Under the pieces are notes generated by a model. That model did no database searches. It was not told the origin of the DNA and was given only the letters and a program-made list of their open reading frames with translations. DNA of 64,000 nucleotides from Curvibacter sp. (lineage in GTDB: Bacteria > Pseudomonadota > Gammaproteobacteria > Burkholderiales > Burkholderiaceae_C): the NCBI GenBank assembly GCA_020248905.1, contig JADCGR010000026.1, positions 5,321 through 69,320 on the forward strand, in the 5' to 3' direction. A program made the position numbers and the translations under genes. This document shows, in pieces, positions 1-9,882 of the stretch; the first letter of the stretch is position 1, and the number at the start of each line of letters is the position of its first letter.

Positions 1-988
1 CGAAGCCGGGCACCAGGCGCTTGTAGCTGTTGGTGCCTGGGTTGGTGATGGCGTTCAGGGCCCGGGCGTGCTTGATCACCCCGCCGATATAGTACAGGGC
101 GAAATCACTCAGGCCGGCATATCCGTCGCCGGCGAACAGGTTCTTGCCGTCCTTCCAGATCGACTGGTGCACGTGCATGCCGGAGCCGTTGTCGCCGGCG
201 TAGGGCTTGGGCATGAAGGTGGCGGTCTTGCCGTAGGCGTTGGCCACGTTCCAGACCACGTACTTCAAGACCTGAGTCCAGTCAGCGCGCTCAACCAGCG
301 TGCTGAACTTGGTGCCGATTTCGTTCTGGCCGGCGCCCGCCACTTCGTGGTGGAATACCTCGACCGGGATGCCCAGGGACTCGAGAATCAGAACCATCTC
401 GGCGCGCATGTCTTGCGTGCTGTCGACCGGGGGCACGGGGAAGTAGCCGCCCTTGATGGTGGGGCGGTGACCACGGTTGCCGCCTTCGAGCTGCTTGCCG
501 CTGTTCCAGGGGGCTTCGTACTCGTCGATAGCAAACATCACGTTGCCGGGCTCGTTGGACCAGCGCACACCGTCGAAGATGAAGAACTCGGGTTCTGGAC
601 CGAAATAGGCGGTATCGCCAATGCCAGAGGCCTTGAGGTAGGCCTCAGCGCGTTTGGCGATGGAGCGCGGGTCGCGGTCATACGACTTGCCGTCGCTGGG
701 CTCGACCACGTCGCATTGCAGGAACAGGGTGGTTTCTTCGAAGAACGGATCGATGTTGGCGGTGTTGGGGTCGGGCATGAGTTGCATGTCCGAAGCCTCG
801 ATACCCTTCCAGCCAGCGATCGAAGAGCCGTCGAAGGCATGGCCACCGGTGAACTTGTCTTCGTTGAAAGCGGAAATCGGCACGGTCACATGCTGTTCCT
901 TGCCACGGGTGTCGGTGAAGCGAAAGTCAACGAACTTGACCTCGTTCTCCTTCACCATCTTCATCACGTCGGCGACGGTCTTGGCCAT
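1..988 (-). CDS. glnA: Glutamine synthetase type I, N-terminal ~329 aa (C-terminus lies beyond the left edge)
   Basis: Absent from the ORF track because it runs off the window. My minus-strand translation from ATG (986-988) gives [37 protein letters not shown]...[13 protein letters not shown]...[20 protein letters not shown], which are classic GSI motifs. Confidence 0.9.
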   Translation of the reverse strand, partial: MAKTVADVMKMVKENEVKFVDFRFTDTRGKEQHVTVPISAFNEDKFTGGHAFDGSSIAGWKGIEASDMQLMPDPNTANIDPFFEETTLFLQCDVVEPSDGKSYDRDPRSIAKRAEAYLKASGIGDTAYFGPEPEFFIFDGVRWSNEPGNVMFAIDEYEAPWNSGKQLEGGNRGHRPTIKGGYFPVPPVDSTQDMRAEMVLILESLGIPVEVFHHEVAGAGQNEIGTKFSTLVERADWTQVLKYVVWNVANAYGKTATFMPKPYAGDNGSGMHVHQSIWKDGKNLFAGDGYAGLSDFALYYIGGVIKHARALNAITNPGTNSYKRLVPGF

Positions 989-1193
989 CTGATACTCCTG
1001 GTTGGAAGGTTATTGAAAGTTACGCTAACCGGTGAATGCAGTTTTTGTGCCAATCGGGATTGCACCGGTGGGGGCGGCCCTAGGCTATTTTGCCCTCAGT
1101 TACGGGCGCTCAGCGCCCCGGGAGAGTCATTGGGCAAATATTGATCCAACAAAATCCCAAAATGGTGCGATCAACATGCACCTATATAGTGCG

Positions 1194-2027
1194 CTACAGG
1201 TTTCGCACCAACTCGGGGCCAAGACCGACGCCATGCTGTCGCAAGCCAGCGAGCAAGCTGGTGTAGGCCGGGGCGACCCGTTGCGGCTCGCCTTTGACAC
1301 CCAATTCAATATGTCGACCGTGCTGCGGGTGATCGACACTGGGCAGGCTGAAGACCTTGACGCCCGGGTGAGCGGCCTCTATGGCTTCCATGAGTGGCGT
1401 CAAGGTCGCCTCCATGGCGCCGAAGACGATGACCGACTGTTCCAGCCATGCCGCGCTGCGGAAAAGGTGGGCGTACTGGGTGTCTAGGACCCACTCGATC
1501 ATCGGCCAGGCCATGACCGGAAAACCGGGTACGAAATGCACCACGCCCTTGCCGCCGGGAGTTGTGCAGCTGAAACCGGGTATCTTGTTGTATGGATTGG
1601 GAATGATGCGCGCGCCGACGGGAAACACCCCCATATTGAGCCGGTGCACGTTATCAGCGCGGTTGGGTTCGTAGGGCTGCCCCTGCTCGCGCGCGACGTC
1701 CTGCATGCGTTCGCGGATCAATGCCTCGGCCTGCGGGTGCAGGACGAGCTCGCAGCCCAGCGCCCGCGCAGCGCATTGGCGCGTGTGGTCATCCGGGGTG
1801 GCACCGATGCCGCCGCAGGAAAAAACAATCTCGCCCGATCCGAAGGCGCGCTTGAGCGTGGCCGTGATTAGGTCAGGATCATCTCCGACGTATTCAGCAT
1901 GAGTCAGTTGCAGTCCACGCGAGGCAAGCAACTCAATGACCTTGGGCAGGTGCTTGTCGCTGCGCTTGCCCGAGAGAATCTCGTCGCCGATGACGATCAG
2001 GGCGAAGTCTGGGACGGTATCAGCCAT
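1194..2027 (-). CDS. CinA-like / molybdopterin-binding (MoCF biosynthesis domain) protein
   Basis: ORF 1194..2189 trimmed to the internal ATG at 2027 (MADTVPDFALIVIGDEILSGKRSDKH...CGGIGATPDDHT). The upstream extension is Cys/Arg-rich junk. Confidence 0.7.
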   Translation of the reverse strand: MADTVPDFALIVIGDEILSGKRSDKHLPKVIELLASRGLQLTHAEYVGDDPDLITATLKRAFGSGEIVFSCGGIGATPDDHTRQCAARALGCELVLHPQAEALIRERMQDVAREQGQPYEPNRADNVHRLNMGVFPVGARIIPNPYNKIPGFSCTTPGGKGVVHFVPGFPVMAWPMIEWVLDTQYAHLFRSAAWLEQSVIVFGAMEATLTPLMEAIEAAHPGVKVFSLPSVDHPQHGRHIELGVKGEPQRVAPAYTSLLAGLRQHGVGLGPELVRNL

Positions 2028-2880
2028 GATGGGAGACAGAGACAGGACCGTCGGTCTCCGGCCGCTCAACCGATTCGGCAGACAGAGGCTCGGCCCGCAG
2101 CGCTGCGAGCGCCGCCAGGTTGAAATGGGCAAACCAGAGCGCAGAAAAAATGAACACAAAGGTGTAGATCCAGACCGCCAGAGGCACAAGAACGGGCGCC
2201 CACAAAACGGCCATAGCGCCCAACGCCCAGATCAGGCCGGGAGCCGCACCCGCGTAGCCCGCGACAACCCCGATGACGAGCATGGGGTAGCGATGCCGGC
2301 GCATCAACAACTCGCGCTCAGCCGGGCTGGCGTGCTGGGCCAGTGTGTCATAGACCATGACGCGGGATGTCAGCCATCCCCAAATCAGGGGCGGCAGCAC
2401 GACGACCAGCGGCGGCACCAGCCAAAGCGGCAGTGTCAGAACCAGGGCGATCAGAGCCAGCGCGGTGGACCCGAGGCCCTGCCCCACGCTACCCCAGAAA
2501 CTGCCGCCGCGCCGCTCGACCAGCCCGGCAAAGCGCCTTCTCGCCACCAACCGTACCACGGGGGGCGTGACGATCCAGGCCACCGCCAGCAGGGAAAGCA
2601 CGATGACCAATGGCAGCGCCAGCATGATGAGCAACAGGGGCTCGAGCACCATGCGAAGATGCCCGAGCGAGACACTTTCCAGCCAACGGAACAGGCCTTC
2701 GAGCAGCGCCCAGTGCCCCAGCCAGGCCCGCAGTGCCAGCAGGGCATCGTCCCAGAAGAGCCAGAACAGGCCGACACTCAGCCCGGCAACGAGCAACAGC
2801 GGCAGCAGGGAGAGCGCGATGACGCGCGGCTGCAGGCTGTAAGCCAGCGCTCGCCAGAATGAATCAAGAAGCAGACTCAT
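2020..2880 (-). CDS. EI24/CysZ-like polytopic membrane protein
   Basis: ORF 2020..2955 trimmed to MSLLLDSFWRALAYSL. It has multiple hydrophobic helices and overlaps the downstream gene start by 8 nt. Confidence 0.6.
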   Translation of the reverse strand: MSLLLDSFWRALAYSLQPRVIALSLLPLLLVAGLSVGLFWLFWDDALLALRAWLGHWALLEGLFRWLESVSLGHLRMVLEPLLLIMLALPLVIVLSLLAVAWIVTPPVVRLVARRRFAGLVERRGGSFWGSVGQGLGSTALALIALVLTLPLWLVPPLVVVLPPLIWGWLTSRVMVYDTLAQHASPAERELLMRRHRYPMLVIGVVAGYAGAAPGLIWALGAMAVLWAPVLVPLAVWIYTFVFIFSALWFAHFNLAALAALRAEPLSAESVERPETDGPVSVSHHG

Positions 2881-2918
2881 GCCGGCAAGCATACAGTGGC
2901 AGCCCTTGACAGGATGTA

Positions 2919-3872
2919 TCAGGCGCGCCCGAAAAGACGACACAGACCCAGCCACTGCTGAGCCCAGAAGCCGCGACCGTAATCGCGCCCCTGCTCGACC
3001 TGGTCACGGATACCCGTGGAGTCGTATCGCAGCTCAAAGTTCGCTGTGCCGAACATCACATCCCACCAGGGAAAAAGGACGCCATAGTTGCAGCCGCCCA
3101 GAGCCATCCCTGGCGATTCATGCCCGATCCCGACGCTATGGTGCCGCCGGTGGAAACGCGGGCTGACCCACAGGCGCTCACCCCAGCGCCCGAACCAGAG
3201 CCGCAGATTGGCGTGCTGCAAGCTCTCGCTCAGCTGGGTGATGGCGACGATGGCCACGAACTGGCCGGGCGCCACCCCGATGATTTGCGCCACGCTGACC
3301 AACACCAGATCACGGATCAGATCGTCAAGCAGGTGGTTGCGGTTATCACTCCAGACGGTCATCTGACGCTGCGAGTGATGTAGCGCATGCAGATCCCACC
3401 ACCACGCGAAGCGATGCTGGCCGCGGTGCAGCCAGTAGTCGACAAAGTCCATCACCACCAGATAGATCAGGAAGCTGACGACAGCCTGGTCGCTCACGCC
3501 CGGCCAGAACTGATCCAGATGCAAGGTTGGTACGCCCAGCACGCGCAGTTGCCCAATCAGCGCGTCCAGCAGCGGGGTGAGCGATAGAAACAACACCAGC
3601 CGGAACACGCCCAAGCGGTGGATCAGGGTGTAGAGTATGTCGACCCGGATGGCCGCCCGGTCCGTCACCGGCTCGACCGGGTGCCAGCGCTGCAAGGGCA
3701 CGATCACCGCCACGATCACTCCTAGCTGGATCAGTCCTACAAGCAGCCATCCGGTGCCGCTGAAGGCGTCTTCGAGCCGGTTGCCCAGCCCGAAGGCAAA
3801 CACCGCAGGCTGCACCAATGTCTCGAAGAGCCACTGCTGCAAGTCATTGAAGGTGAGGGTCAGCGTCTCCAT
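2919..3872 (-). CDS. Sterol desaturase / fatty-acid hydroxylase family membrane protein
   Basis: 317-aa ORF with three His boxes (HRGQH, HALHH, HRRHH) and hydrophobic segments. Confidence 0.75.
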   Translation of the reverse strand: METLTLTFNDLQQWLFETLVQPAVFAFGLGNRLEDAFSGTGWLLVGLIQLGVIVAVIVPLQRWHPVEPVTDRAAIRVDILYTLIHRLGVFRLVLFLSLTPLLDALIGQLRVLGVPTLHLDQFWPGVSDQAVVSFLIYLVVMDFVDYWLHRGQHRFAWWWDLHALHHSQRQMTVWSDNRNHLLDDLIRDLVLVSVAQIIGVAPGQFVAIVAITQLSESLQHANLRLWFGRWGERLWVSPRFHRRHHSVGIGHESPGMALGGCNYGVLFPWWDVMFGTANFELRYDSTGIRDQVEQGRDYGRGFWAQQWLGLCRLFGRA

Positions 3873-3878
3873 GCGCCA

Positions 3879-4688
3879 TTATTTCCTGCCCGAGGCGCCT
3901 TGCGCGATCCAGGACCGATAGTCGGGATGCTCGCGCAGCGTCCTGAAACACAAACCGCGCGCCTTGAGCCCTTCAATCAGTGGCTCCAGCACCGCCGGGG
4001 CCCAGGGGTCGCTGCGCGACCAGATGCCCAGGTGCGCCATCAGCACATCGCCGGCGCGGATGTCACGCAAAGCCCGGCGCAGGAGGACGTCATTGGGGTA
4101 CATCGCGCTGGACAACTCATCGCCCAGAAAGCCAGCAGGGCTCCAGCCCACATGCAGGTAGCCGCAGTGGCGCGCAGCGGCCAGCAGGGCGGGCGAAGTC
4201 TTGCCGCCGGGGGCGCGGAACAGGGGCAAGGGTGCGCGCCCGGTGTGTTGCTGCAGCCGGGCTGAGGCGGCATCCAACGCCGCGCAATACTGCGTGGTCG
4301 TCCACAACTGGTCCTTGCCGGCCTGGGGCCCGGCGGAGGCCCGCACACGGAACTTCACGGTGCCGTCGGGCTGGGGGAGATCAGCCCGCCAGTAGTTGTG
4401 GTCCAGGGTATGCGAAGCAAACTCGTGCCCCTCGTCGCTGCGGGCGCGCCACCAGGCGGCCCAGTGTGTGCCGAGGCTGCCATCACCCACCTGTGTACGC
4501 TCATCCGCAGCAAAAAAGGTGACCCGTACCTGCTGGCGCCGAAGCACGGCGGCGATGTGCTCGGCCACGCCCATGTGACCGGTATCGAAGGTCAGATAGA
4601 CCGGCTTGCTGCAGTCTTGCGCGCGGCCGGGCAAGCCGACCAGCATGGCCGCCAGCAGGAACGCCCAGGCCCTACTGCCGTGGCGCAT
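3879..4688 (-). CDS. Polysaccharide deacetylase (NodB-homology) family protein, secreted
   Basis: 269-aa ORF with a signal-like N-terminus. FDTGH...TFF...HEFASHTLDH motifs are typical of NodB-type deacetylases. Confidence 0.7.
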   Translation of the reverse strand: MRHGSRAWAFLLAAMLVGLPGRAQDCSKPVYLTFDTGHMGVAEHIAAVLRRQQVRVTFFAADERTQVGDGSLGTHWAAWWRARSDEGHEFASHTLDHNYWRADLPQPDGTVKFRVRASAGPQAGKDQLWTTTQYCAALDAASARLQQHTGRAPLPLFRAPGGKTSPALLAAARHCGYLHVGWSPAGFLGDELSSAMYPNDVLLRRALRDIRAGDVLMAHLGIWSRSDPWAPAVLEPLIEGLKARGLCFRTLREHPDYRSWIAQGASGRK

Positions 4689-5655
4689 GGTCCAGTGTCC
4701 AAACGCCGTGCGGCGACTTGCCCACCCTTACCTGGCGTACCACCTGACGGGTAATAGTGTCGATCACGGTCAGCCGCTGGGCCCAGCGCGAGGTCAGCAG
4801 GATGTAGCGGCCATCGGCTGTCAGGTCCATGCAGTCGGGACCACCAGGCCCAGGGTACTGGTCGACGACGGTCATGGAGCGGTAGTCGATCTTGCTGATG
4901 GTGTTGGCCACGCGGTTGCTTACCAGCACATGGCGCCGGTCGCCGACAGCCCGGAAGGCATGCGCCCCCTTGCCAGTGGGGATAAGCTGCACCGAGGAAG
5001 GCACCGGCATCGCCAGGTCGAACACCTCCACGCTGTCGCTGCCGGTGAGGCCCACCAGCAGGTATCGGTCATCGGGCGTACCGAAGACGTCGGCCGGCAT
5101 CGGCCCGGTCTTCACGCGCCAGAGCTGCTGCTGACGCTGCAGATCGAATGCCACCAGTTCGTTGCTGTCCTGCATGGTCACATAGGCCACCGTGCTCCTG
5201 CTGTCGATCCAGATGTGGCTGGGCGTGCGGCTGGTCGGGATGCGGCGGGCCAGCGTCAGGTCCTGGCCGTCCCAGCGGTAGATGTCGACATGGTTGAGAC
5301 GGTTGGCAGCCGTTACGAACCACTGCATGTCGGGCGAGAAGCGCAGGTGGTAGGGATCAAGGATGCCGCGCATTGTGCGCTGGATCTCGGCGGTGCGTGG
5401 ATCGACGAAGGTTAGGGAATCGCCGAACGCATTCGCGATGATGAGCGACTTTTCGTCCGGCGTCAGATAGAGGTGGTGAGGTTCCTTACCCGTGGGGAAT
5501 CGGCGGATTTCCTTCCAGCTCACCGGATCGATGACGCTGACGTCGGCGTCCTTGGAGTTGAGCACAAAGACCGGAGCCGATGGCCGCTGCGCTAGCGCCA
5601 GAGAGCCCCAAAGGGCAAGGGACAGCACGATGGCGCGAACGAGGGTCTTCAACAT
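4672..5655 (-). CDS. YVTN-family beta-propeller repeat protein (YncE-like), secreted
   Basis: 327-aa ORF with a signal peptide (LALWGSLALAQ) and repeated ~40-aa units (DADVSVIDP..., GDSLTFVDP..., SDSVEVFDL..., ANTISKIDY...). Confidence 0.65.
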   Translation of the reverse strand: MLKTLVRAIVLSLALWGSLALAQRPSAPVFVLNSKDADVSVIDPVSWKEIRRFPTGKEPHHLYLTPDEKSLIIANAFGDSLTFVDPRTAEIQRTMRGILDPYHLRFSPDMQWFVTAANRLNHVDIYRWDGQDLTLARRIPTSRTPSHIWIDSRSTVAYVTMQDSNELVAFDLQRQQQLWRVKTGPMPADVFGTPDDRYLLVGLTGSDSVEVFDLAMPVPSSVQLIPTGKGAHAFRAVGDRRHVLVSNRVANTISKIDYRSMTVVDQYPGPGGPDCMDLTADGRYILLTSRWAQRLTVIDTITRQVVRQVRVGKSPHGVWTLDHAPRQ

Positions 5656-5758
5656 GACGGAGTGACAAAAAAGTTGCGGCTAGTGTAGCCGCCGTCCTCT
5701 TCGTCACGACATCGGGGTTCGAGAGCCCGCGCCATCGATACGGGGGCAGGACGGGGGC

Positions 5759-6496
5759 TCAGGCACCAACGAGGGCCAGGTCTGCGCTCTCCAGCCAGCG
5801 CCAATGGCCCGGCGCCAGATCGGCGGGGAGACGCAGGCCGCCGATCTGCGAGCGGTGCAAAGCCTCCACCCGGTTGCCTGCGGCGGCTACCATGCGCTTG
5901 ACTTGGTGGTACCTGCCGCCCGTGAGCGTGAGCCGCAAGTGAAATGGATCGATCAACTCTGCGCCTGCGGCGCACACAGGACGGGGATCGTCGTCCAGCA
6001 CCACGCCGTGCAGCAGCTTCGCAAGCAGGGACTCTGCCGCTGCATGTTTGAGCATGATCTCGTAGACCTTGGGAACCTCGCGCCGGGGCGAGGCGAGGCG
6101 ATGGATCAGCTGGCCATCGTCGGTCAGCAGCAGCAGGCCCGTGGTGTCCTGGTCCAGCCGACCGATCGCCTGCACGCCTTGCACAGCCCCCTTGTTGGGC
6201 CGCTGGCGCAGCGGCGCGGGCAGGAGCGTGTAAACACTGGGCCAGGCCGAGGGCTTTTGTGAGCATTCGACGCCGCTCGGCTTGTGCAACATGATGCAGA
6301 CCCGTTTATGGCAGACCCATTCCAGGCCCTGCACACGCAATTGCAGGCCCTGCAGCTCCAACTCGACGCTGGCATCAGCCGCAGCATGCCATGCGCCCGA
6401 GGCGTCCCGCCAGTGCACATGACCCTGCTGGACCAGTCCCAGGCAAACTCGCCGGGTGCCAAAGCCCTCGCGAAAAAGTACGTCCTGCAGCTGCAT
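5759..6496 (-). CDS. rsuA: Pseudouridine synthase, RsuA/RluB family, with N-terminal S4-like domain
   Basis: 245-aa ORF containing the catalytic-loop motif GRLDQDTTGLLLLTDDG and PKVYEI. Assignment to the RsuA subfamily is tentative. Confidence 0.7.
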   Translation of the reverse strand: MQLQDVLFREGFGTRRVCLGLVQQGHVHWRDASGAWHAAADASVELELQGLQLRVQGLEWVCHKRVCIMLHKPSGVECSQKPSAWPSVYTLLPAPLRQRPNKGAVQGVQAIGRLDQDTTGLLLLTDDGQLIHRLASPRREVPKVYEIMLKHAAAESLLAKLLHGVVLDDDPRPVCAAGAELIDPFHLRLTLTGGRYHQVKRMVAAAGNRVEALHRSQIGGLRLPADLAPGHWRWLESADLALVGA

Positions 6497-6709
6497 TCAG
6501 TGACTTGCGTGTAGGTTCAATGCAACGGGACACCCCCCATAAACACAGGGGTGCGAGTTCTCTCAACGACCACTAGCCACGAATTTCGTGCGAGAGTGCG
6601 TCTTAAAGGCCCTACGCCATGCTCCGACTCAAGGCTCTTGCTTCAGTATTGGCGCGCGCAACCTTACACTTGATTGCAAATAACGAAGTACGGTTATGAA
6701 TGGGTGGTT

Positions 6710-7462
6710 ATGAACGGGTACACAGAGTGGATGATAGTCGCGCTACTGATGGCGGCGAGCGGCGCTCTGGGAGCCTACGTCTACGCCATGCACCTCAAGC
6801 GGCAGGATCAGGAGATGCGGCGCATCCCGCGCAAGTGGCCGCTGTCCGTTCGGGCCCTGGCCAACAGCCGGGAAAAGCTGGTCTGGCGCTGGATGATGCG
6901 CGCCTTTTCGGACCTGCACGTGATGATCAAGCTACCCGTCACGCGTTTCACCATGCCGAAGGTCCGGGGGGAGGGGCAACACTGGTCCAAGCTCCTAAGC
7001 GGCGTATATTGCACCTTCACCGTCTGTGACGACGACGGCAATGTGATCGGCTGCGTCGATGTGCCGGGCCCGCAGGGTCTCTCGCTCAGCAACCAAACCC
7101 TCAAGCACACGCTGCTGTCGCAGTGCAGTGTGCGCTACTGGGTGCTCAATCCCGAGCATCTTCCGAACATCATCACGATCCGAGCGGCCTTCCTGGGTGA
7201 GCAAGCCGTAGTCAAGGAGGAGCTTGAGCGCCTCCGGACCGAAACCGAGTTCAACCAAGCCCGCGCCAACCTCAAGGCCGCCCTGTCTCGCCGGCGCGGC
7301 AGCCAGCTGACCGCCAGCGAGTTCGCCCGGCTCGACGCCATCCTGTCGAACGACCCGCACAGCGACGAAGCTTACGAAATCCAGTTATCCACCACCTGGA
7401 AGGACGATTCCTTCGTCGCACCGCTGGACAGCCGTTCCGGTGAGTTGACGCAGGGGCGCTGA
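6710..7462 (+). CDS. Membrane-anchored hypothetical protein, possibly DUF2726-like
   Basis: ORF 6674..7462 starts at TTG; I prefer the ATG at 6710 (MNGYTEWMIVALLMAASGALGAYVYA is a TM helix). The central block resembles my memory of DUF2726 but this is unverified. The C-terminus looks coiled-coil. Confidence 0.5.
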   Translation: MNGYTEWMIVALLMAASGALGAYVYAMHLKRQDQEMRRIPRKWPLSVRALANSREKLVWRWMMRAFSDLHVMIKLPVTRFTMPKVRGEGQHWSKLLSGVYCTFTVCDDDGNVIGCVDVPGPQGLSLSNQTLKHTLLSQCSVRYWVLNPEHLPNIITIRAAFLGEQAVVKEELERLRTETEFNQARANLKAALSRRRGSQLTASEFARLDAILSNDPHSDEAYEIQLSTTWKDDSFVAPLDSRSGELTQGR

Positions 7463-7594
7463 CGGCTCGCCCGCGGGCCGACGTCATGGCGCACCCGGGT
7501 CCGAAAACCATCCAGCGGGTCCCAGCACCCCGCGCCCGCCTTCTACGCACGGCTTGCACTTCGCGCCTGGGCTGCGGGACGAGGCGTCGCCTGT

Positions 7595-8269
7595 TCAACC
7601 GCGATCCAGCAAATCCAGTAGCTCGACAGGCGCGTCGATCAATGCATGGGCTCCCCAGTGCTGGACCTCGCTGCGCGTGCCAAGGTAGCCATAGGTAGCC
7701 GCGACCGTTTGCATACCTGCCGCCAGGCCGGCAACGATATCCCGCTCATCATCACCGACGTACAGACAGCGCTGCGGGTCGATCTGCAGCCGGCGCGCGG
7801 CTTCAAGCAGGGGGGCAGGGTGCGGCTTGGGATGAGGGGTCGTGTCGCCGGCGATGATCGTGGCGGCGCTGGCGAACAGGGGGATCGCCGCTGTCAGGGG
7901 AAGAGTGAAGCGTTCGATCTTATTGGTCACCACGCCCCACACCAGATCGCGCTGCCGCAACGCACAAAGCAGCGCCTCGATACCGTCAAAGGCAGAGGTA
8001 CGGTCGGTCATGCAGCGCTCGTAGTTCGCCAGAAACTCCTCACGCAGGTCGTTGTAGCCCGGATCCTCGGGCGTCAAACCGAAGGCCACACCGATCATGC
8101 CTCGGGCGCCGGCGCCCGCCATGGGACGGTAGCGCTGCGGCGGCAGCGGCGGCAGGCCACGGTCCATGCGCATGCGGTCGGCCGCGGCCCCCAGATCAGG
8201 AGCGCTGTCAACCAGGGTGCCGTCCAGATCGAACAAAACTGCCTCGATGCTGCGGAAGCGCATCGTCAC
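7595..8269 (-). CDS. gph: Phosphoglycolate phosphatase (HAD superfamily)
   Basis: 224-aa ORF with the HAD motif [11 protein letters not shown] and a late [10 protein letters not shown] motif. It sits immediately downstream of ubiG with a 4-nt overlap, as in many proteobacteria. Confidence 0.8.
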   Translation of the reverse strand: MTMRFRSIEAVLFDLDGTLVDSAPDLGAAADRMRMDRGLPPLPPQRYRPMAGAGARGMIGVAFGLTPEDPGYNDLREEFLANYERCMTDRTSAFDGIEALLCALRQRDLVWGVVTNKIERFTLPLTAAIPLFASAATIIAGDTTPHPKPHPAPLLEAARRLQIDPQRCLYVGDDERDIVAGLAAGMQTVAATYGYLGTRSEVQHWGAHALIDAPVELLDLLDRG

Positions 8270-8976
8270 ACTCCGGGCTTGCGCGTAGCCACGAGGTAGT
8301 TGACGCTGGTGTCGTCGCCGAGCCAGTAACGACGGGTCAGGGGGTTGTACTCCATGCCCCGCGCGCCGCTAAGCTCCAGACCGGCCTGACGGCAGTAGCG
8401 TGCAAGCTCACTGGGGCGAATCAACTTGGCGTACTCATGCGTGCCCCGCGGCAGTAGCCTGAGGACGTACTCGGCACCCACGATGGCGAAGAGAAAGGAC
8501 TTGGGGTTACGGTTGATCGTCGAGAAGAAGACCCAGCCTCCGGGCTTGACCAGCGTCGCGCAGGCCTGAACGACCGAGGCCGGCTCGGGGACGTGCTCAA
8601 GCATTTCCATGCATGTCACCACATCAAAACTGGCGGGTCGCTCAGTCGCAAGCGCCTCCGCCGCCAACTCACGGTAGGTCACGTTGGGCGTGCCCGCCTC
8701 CAGTGCATGCAGCTGCGCAACCTTGAGAGCCTTGGTGGAGAGATCGATCCCCGTCACCCGAGCGCCCTTGCGCGCCATGGCATCCGCCAGGATGCCGCCA
8801 CCGCAGCCCACGTCAAGTACCTCGCGACCGGCGAGCGGGGCCAGGCCGTTGATCCATTCGAGCCGCAGCGGGTTGATCTGGTGCAGGGGACGGAACTCGC
8901 TTTCCGGATCCCACCAGCGGTGGGCGAGTTCGGAAAACTTGGCCAGTTCGGCCGGATCAGCATTCACAGTCGTCAT
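8266..8976 (-). CDS. ubiG: Bifunctional 3-demethylubiquinol 3-O-methyltransferase
   Basis: 236-aa ORF with [29 protein letters not shown] and the SAM motif [12 protein letters not shown]. Confidence 0.9.
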   Translation of the reverse strand: MTTVNADPAELAKFSELAHRWWDPESEFRPLHQINPLRLEWINGLAPLAGREVLDVGCGGGILADAMARKGARVTGIDLSTKALKVAQLHALEAGTPNVTYRELAAEALATERPASFDVVTCMEMLEHVPEPASVVQACATLVKPGGWVFFSTINRNPKSFLFAIVGAEYVLRLLPRGTHEYAKLIRPSELARYCRQAGLELSGARGMEYNPLTRRYWLGDDTSVNYLVATRKPGV

Positions 8977-9017
8977 GATTGGATTATCCGGCAGAGGCGA
9001 GGGCCGGCCATGCCTGC

Positions 9018-9047
9018 AAAAAACAAACCCCGCCGAAGCGGGGTTTG
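9018..9047 (-). terminator. Intrinsic terminator of the OmpA-family gene
   Basis: 10-bp perfect stem caaaccccgc/gcggggtttg (9024-9033 / 9038-9047) with a cgaa loop. On the minus strand it is followed by a T6 run (9018-9023). Confidence 0.7.
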
Positions 9048-9067
9048 TCAGAGAGAGGAGTACCCGA

Positions 9068-9649
<582 letters not shown>

Positions 9650-9882
9650 GTTTCTCCTCTAGCGGATTGAGGCCTGAGCGGCACGGCTGAAAAAAGGAGG
9701 TACCCAGCATAACGAGGCGCCACCCGACGGTCCATAACATTGTGCCATAGCCATTTGAGCGGTCAACGGCAGGTAGACGGCATGCCCGTGGAACGCCGGG
9801 GCATCGCATGCGCTTGTTGCGGGCATGCCACATAAGCAGCGCCTTAAAATGCCGGATTGCTCACGCCTTCGCACACCGCTCC

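Noticed and set aside
68-1144. 358-aa plus-strand ORF, and other very long ORFs antisense to clear genes: 10777..12531(-), 17702..19507(-), 21332..23020(-), 41690..43177(+), 43008..44768(+), 52307..53809(+), 54351..55733(+)
   Set aside because: Each lies opposite a gene with strong family motifs (glnA, gyrA, rpsA, hldA/hldD, aorC, aorB, RND adaptor, OMF). Their translations are low-complexity and Arg/Ala/Gly/His-rich, as expected for shadow ORFs in high-GC DNA.
6497-6673. 177-nt intergenic region checked for a tRNA or small RNA
   Set aside because: There is no T-loop (GGTTCGAAT-like) sequence, no cloverleaf-compatible pairing and no terminator. It is most likely a promoter region for the divergent rsuA and membrane-protein genes.
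9808-9882. N-terminal extensions offered by the ORF track: gyrA 9808, rpsA 17534, dctM 32259, cobA 33762, CMD-Rieske 34634, CinA-like 2189, small RND accessory 49910, adaptor 53863, and others
   Set aside because: The extensions overlap upstream genes or encode Arg/Cys/Pro-rich junk. Internal ATGs with SD sequences or ATGA coupling give the canonical conserved N-termini.
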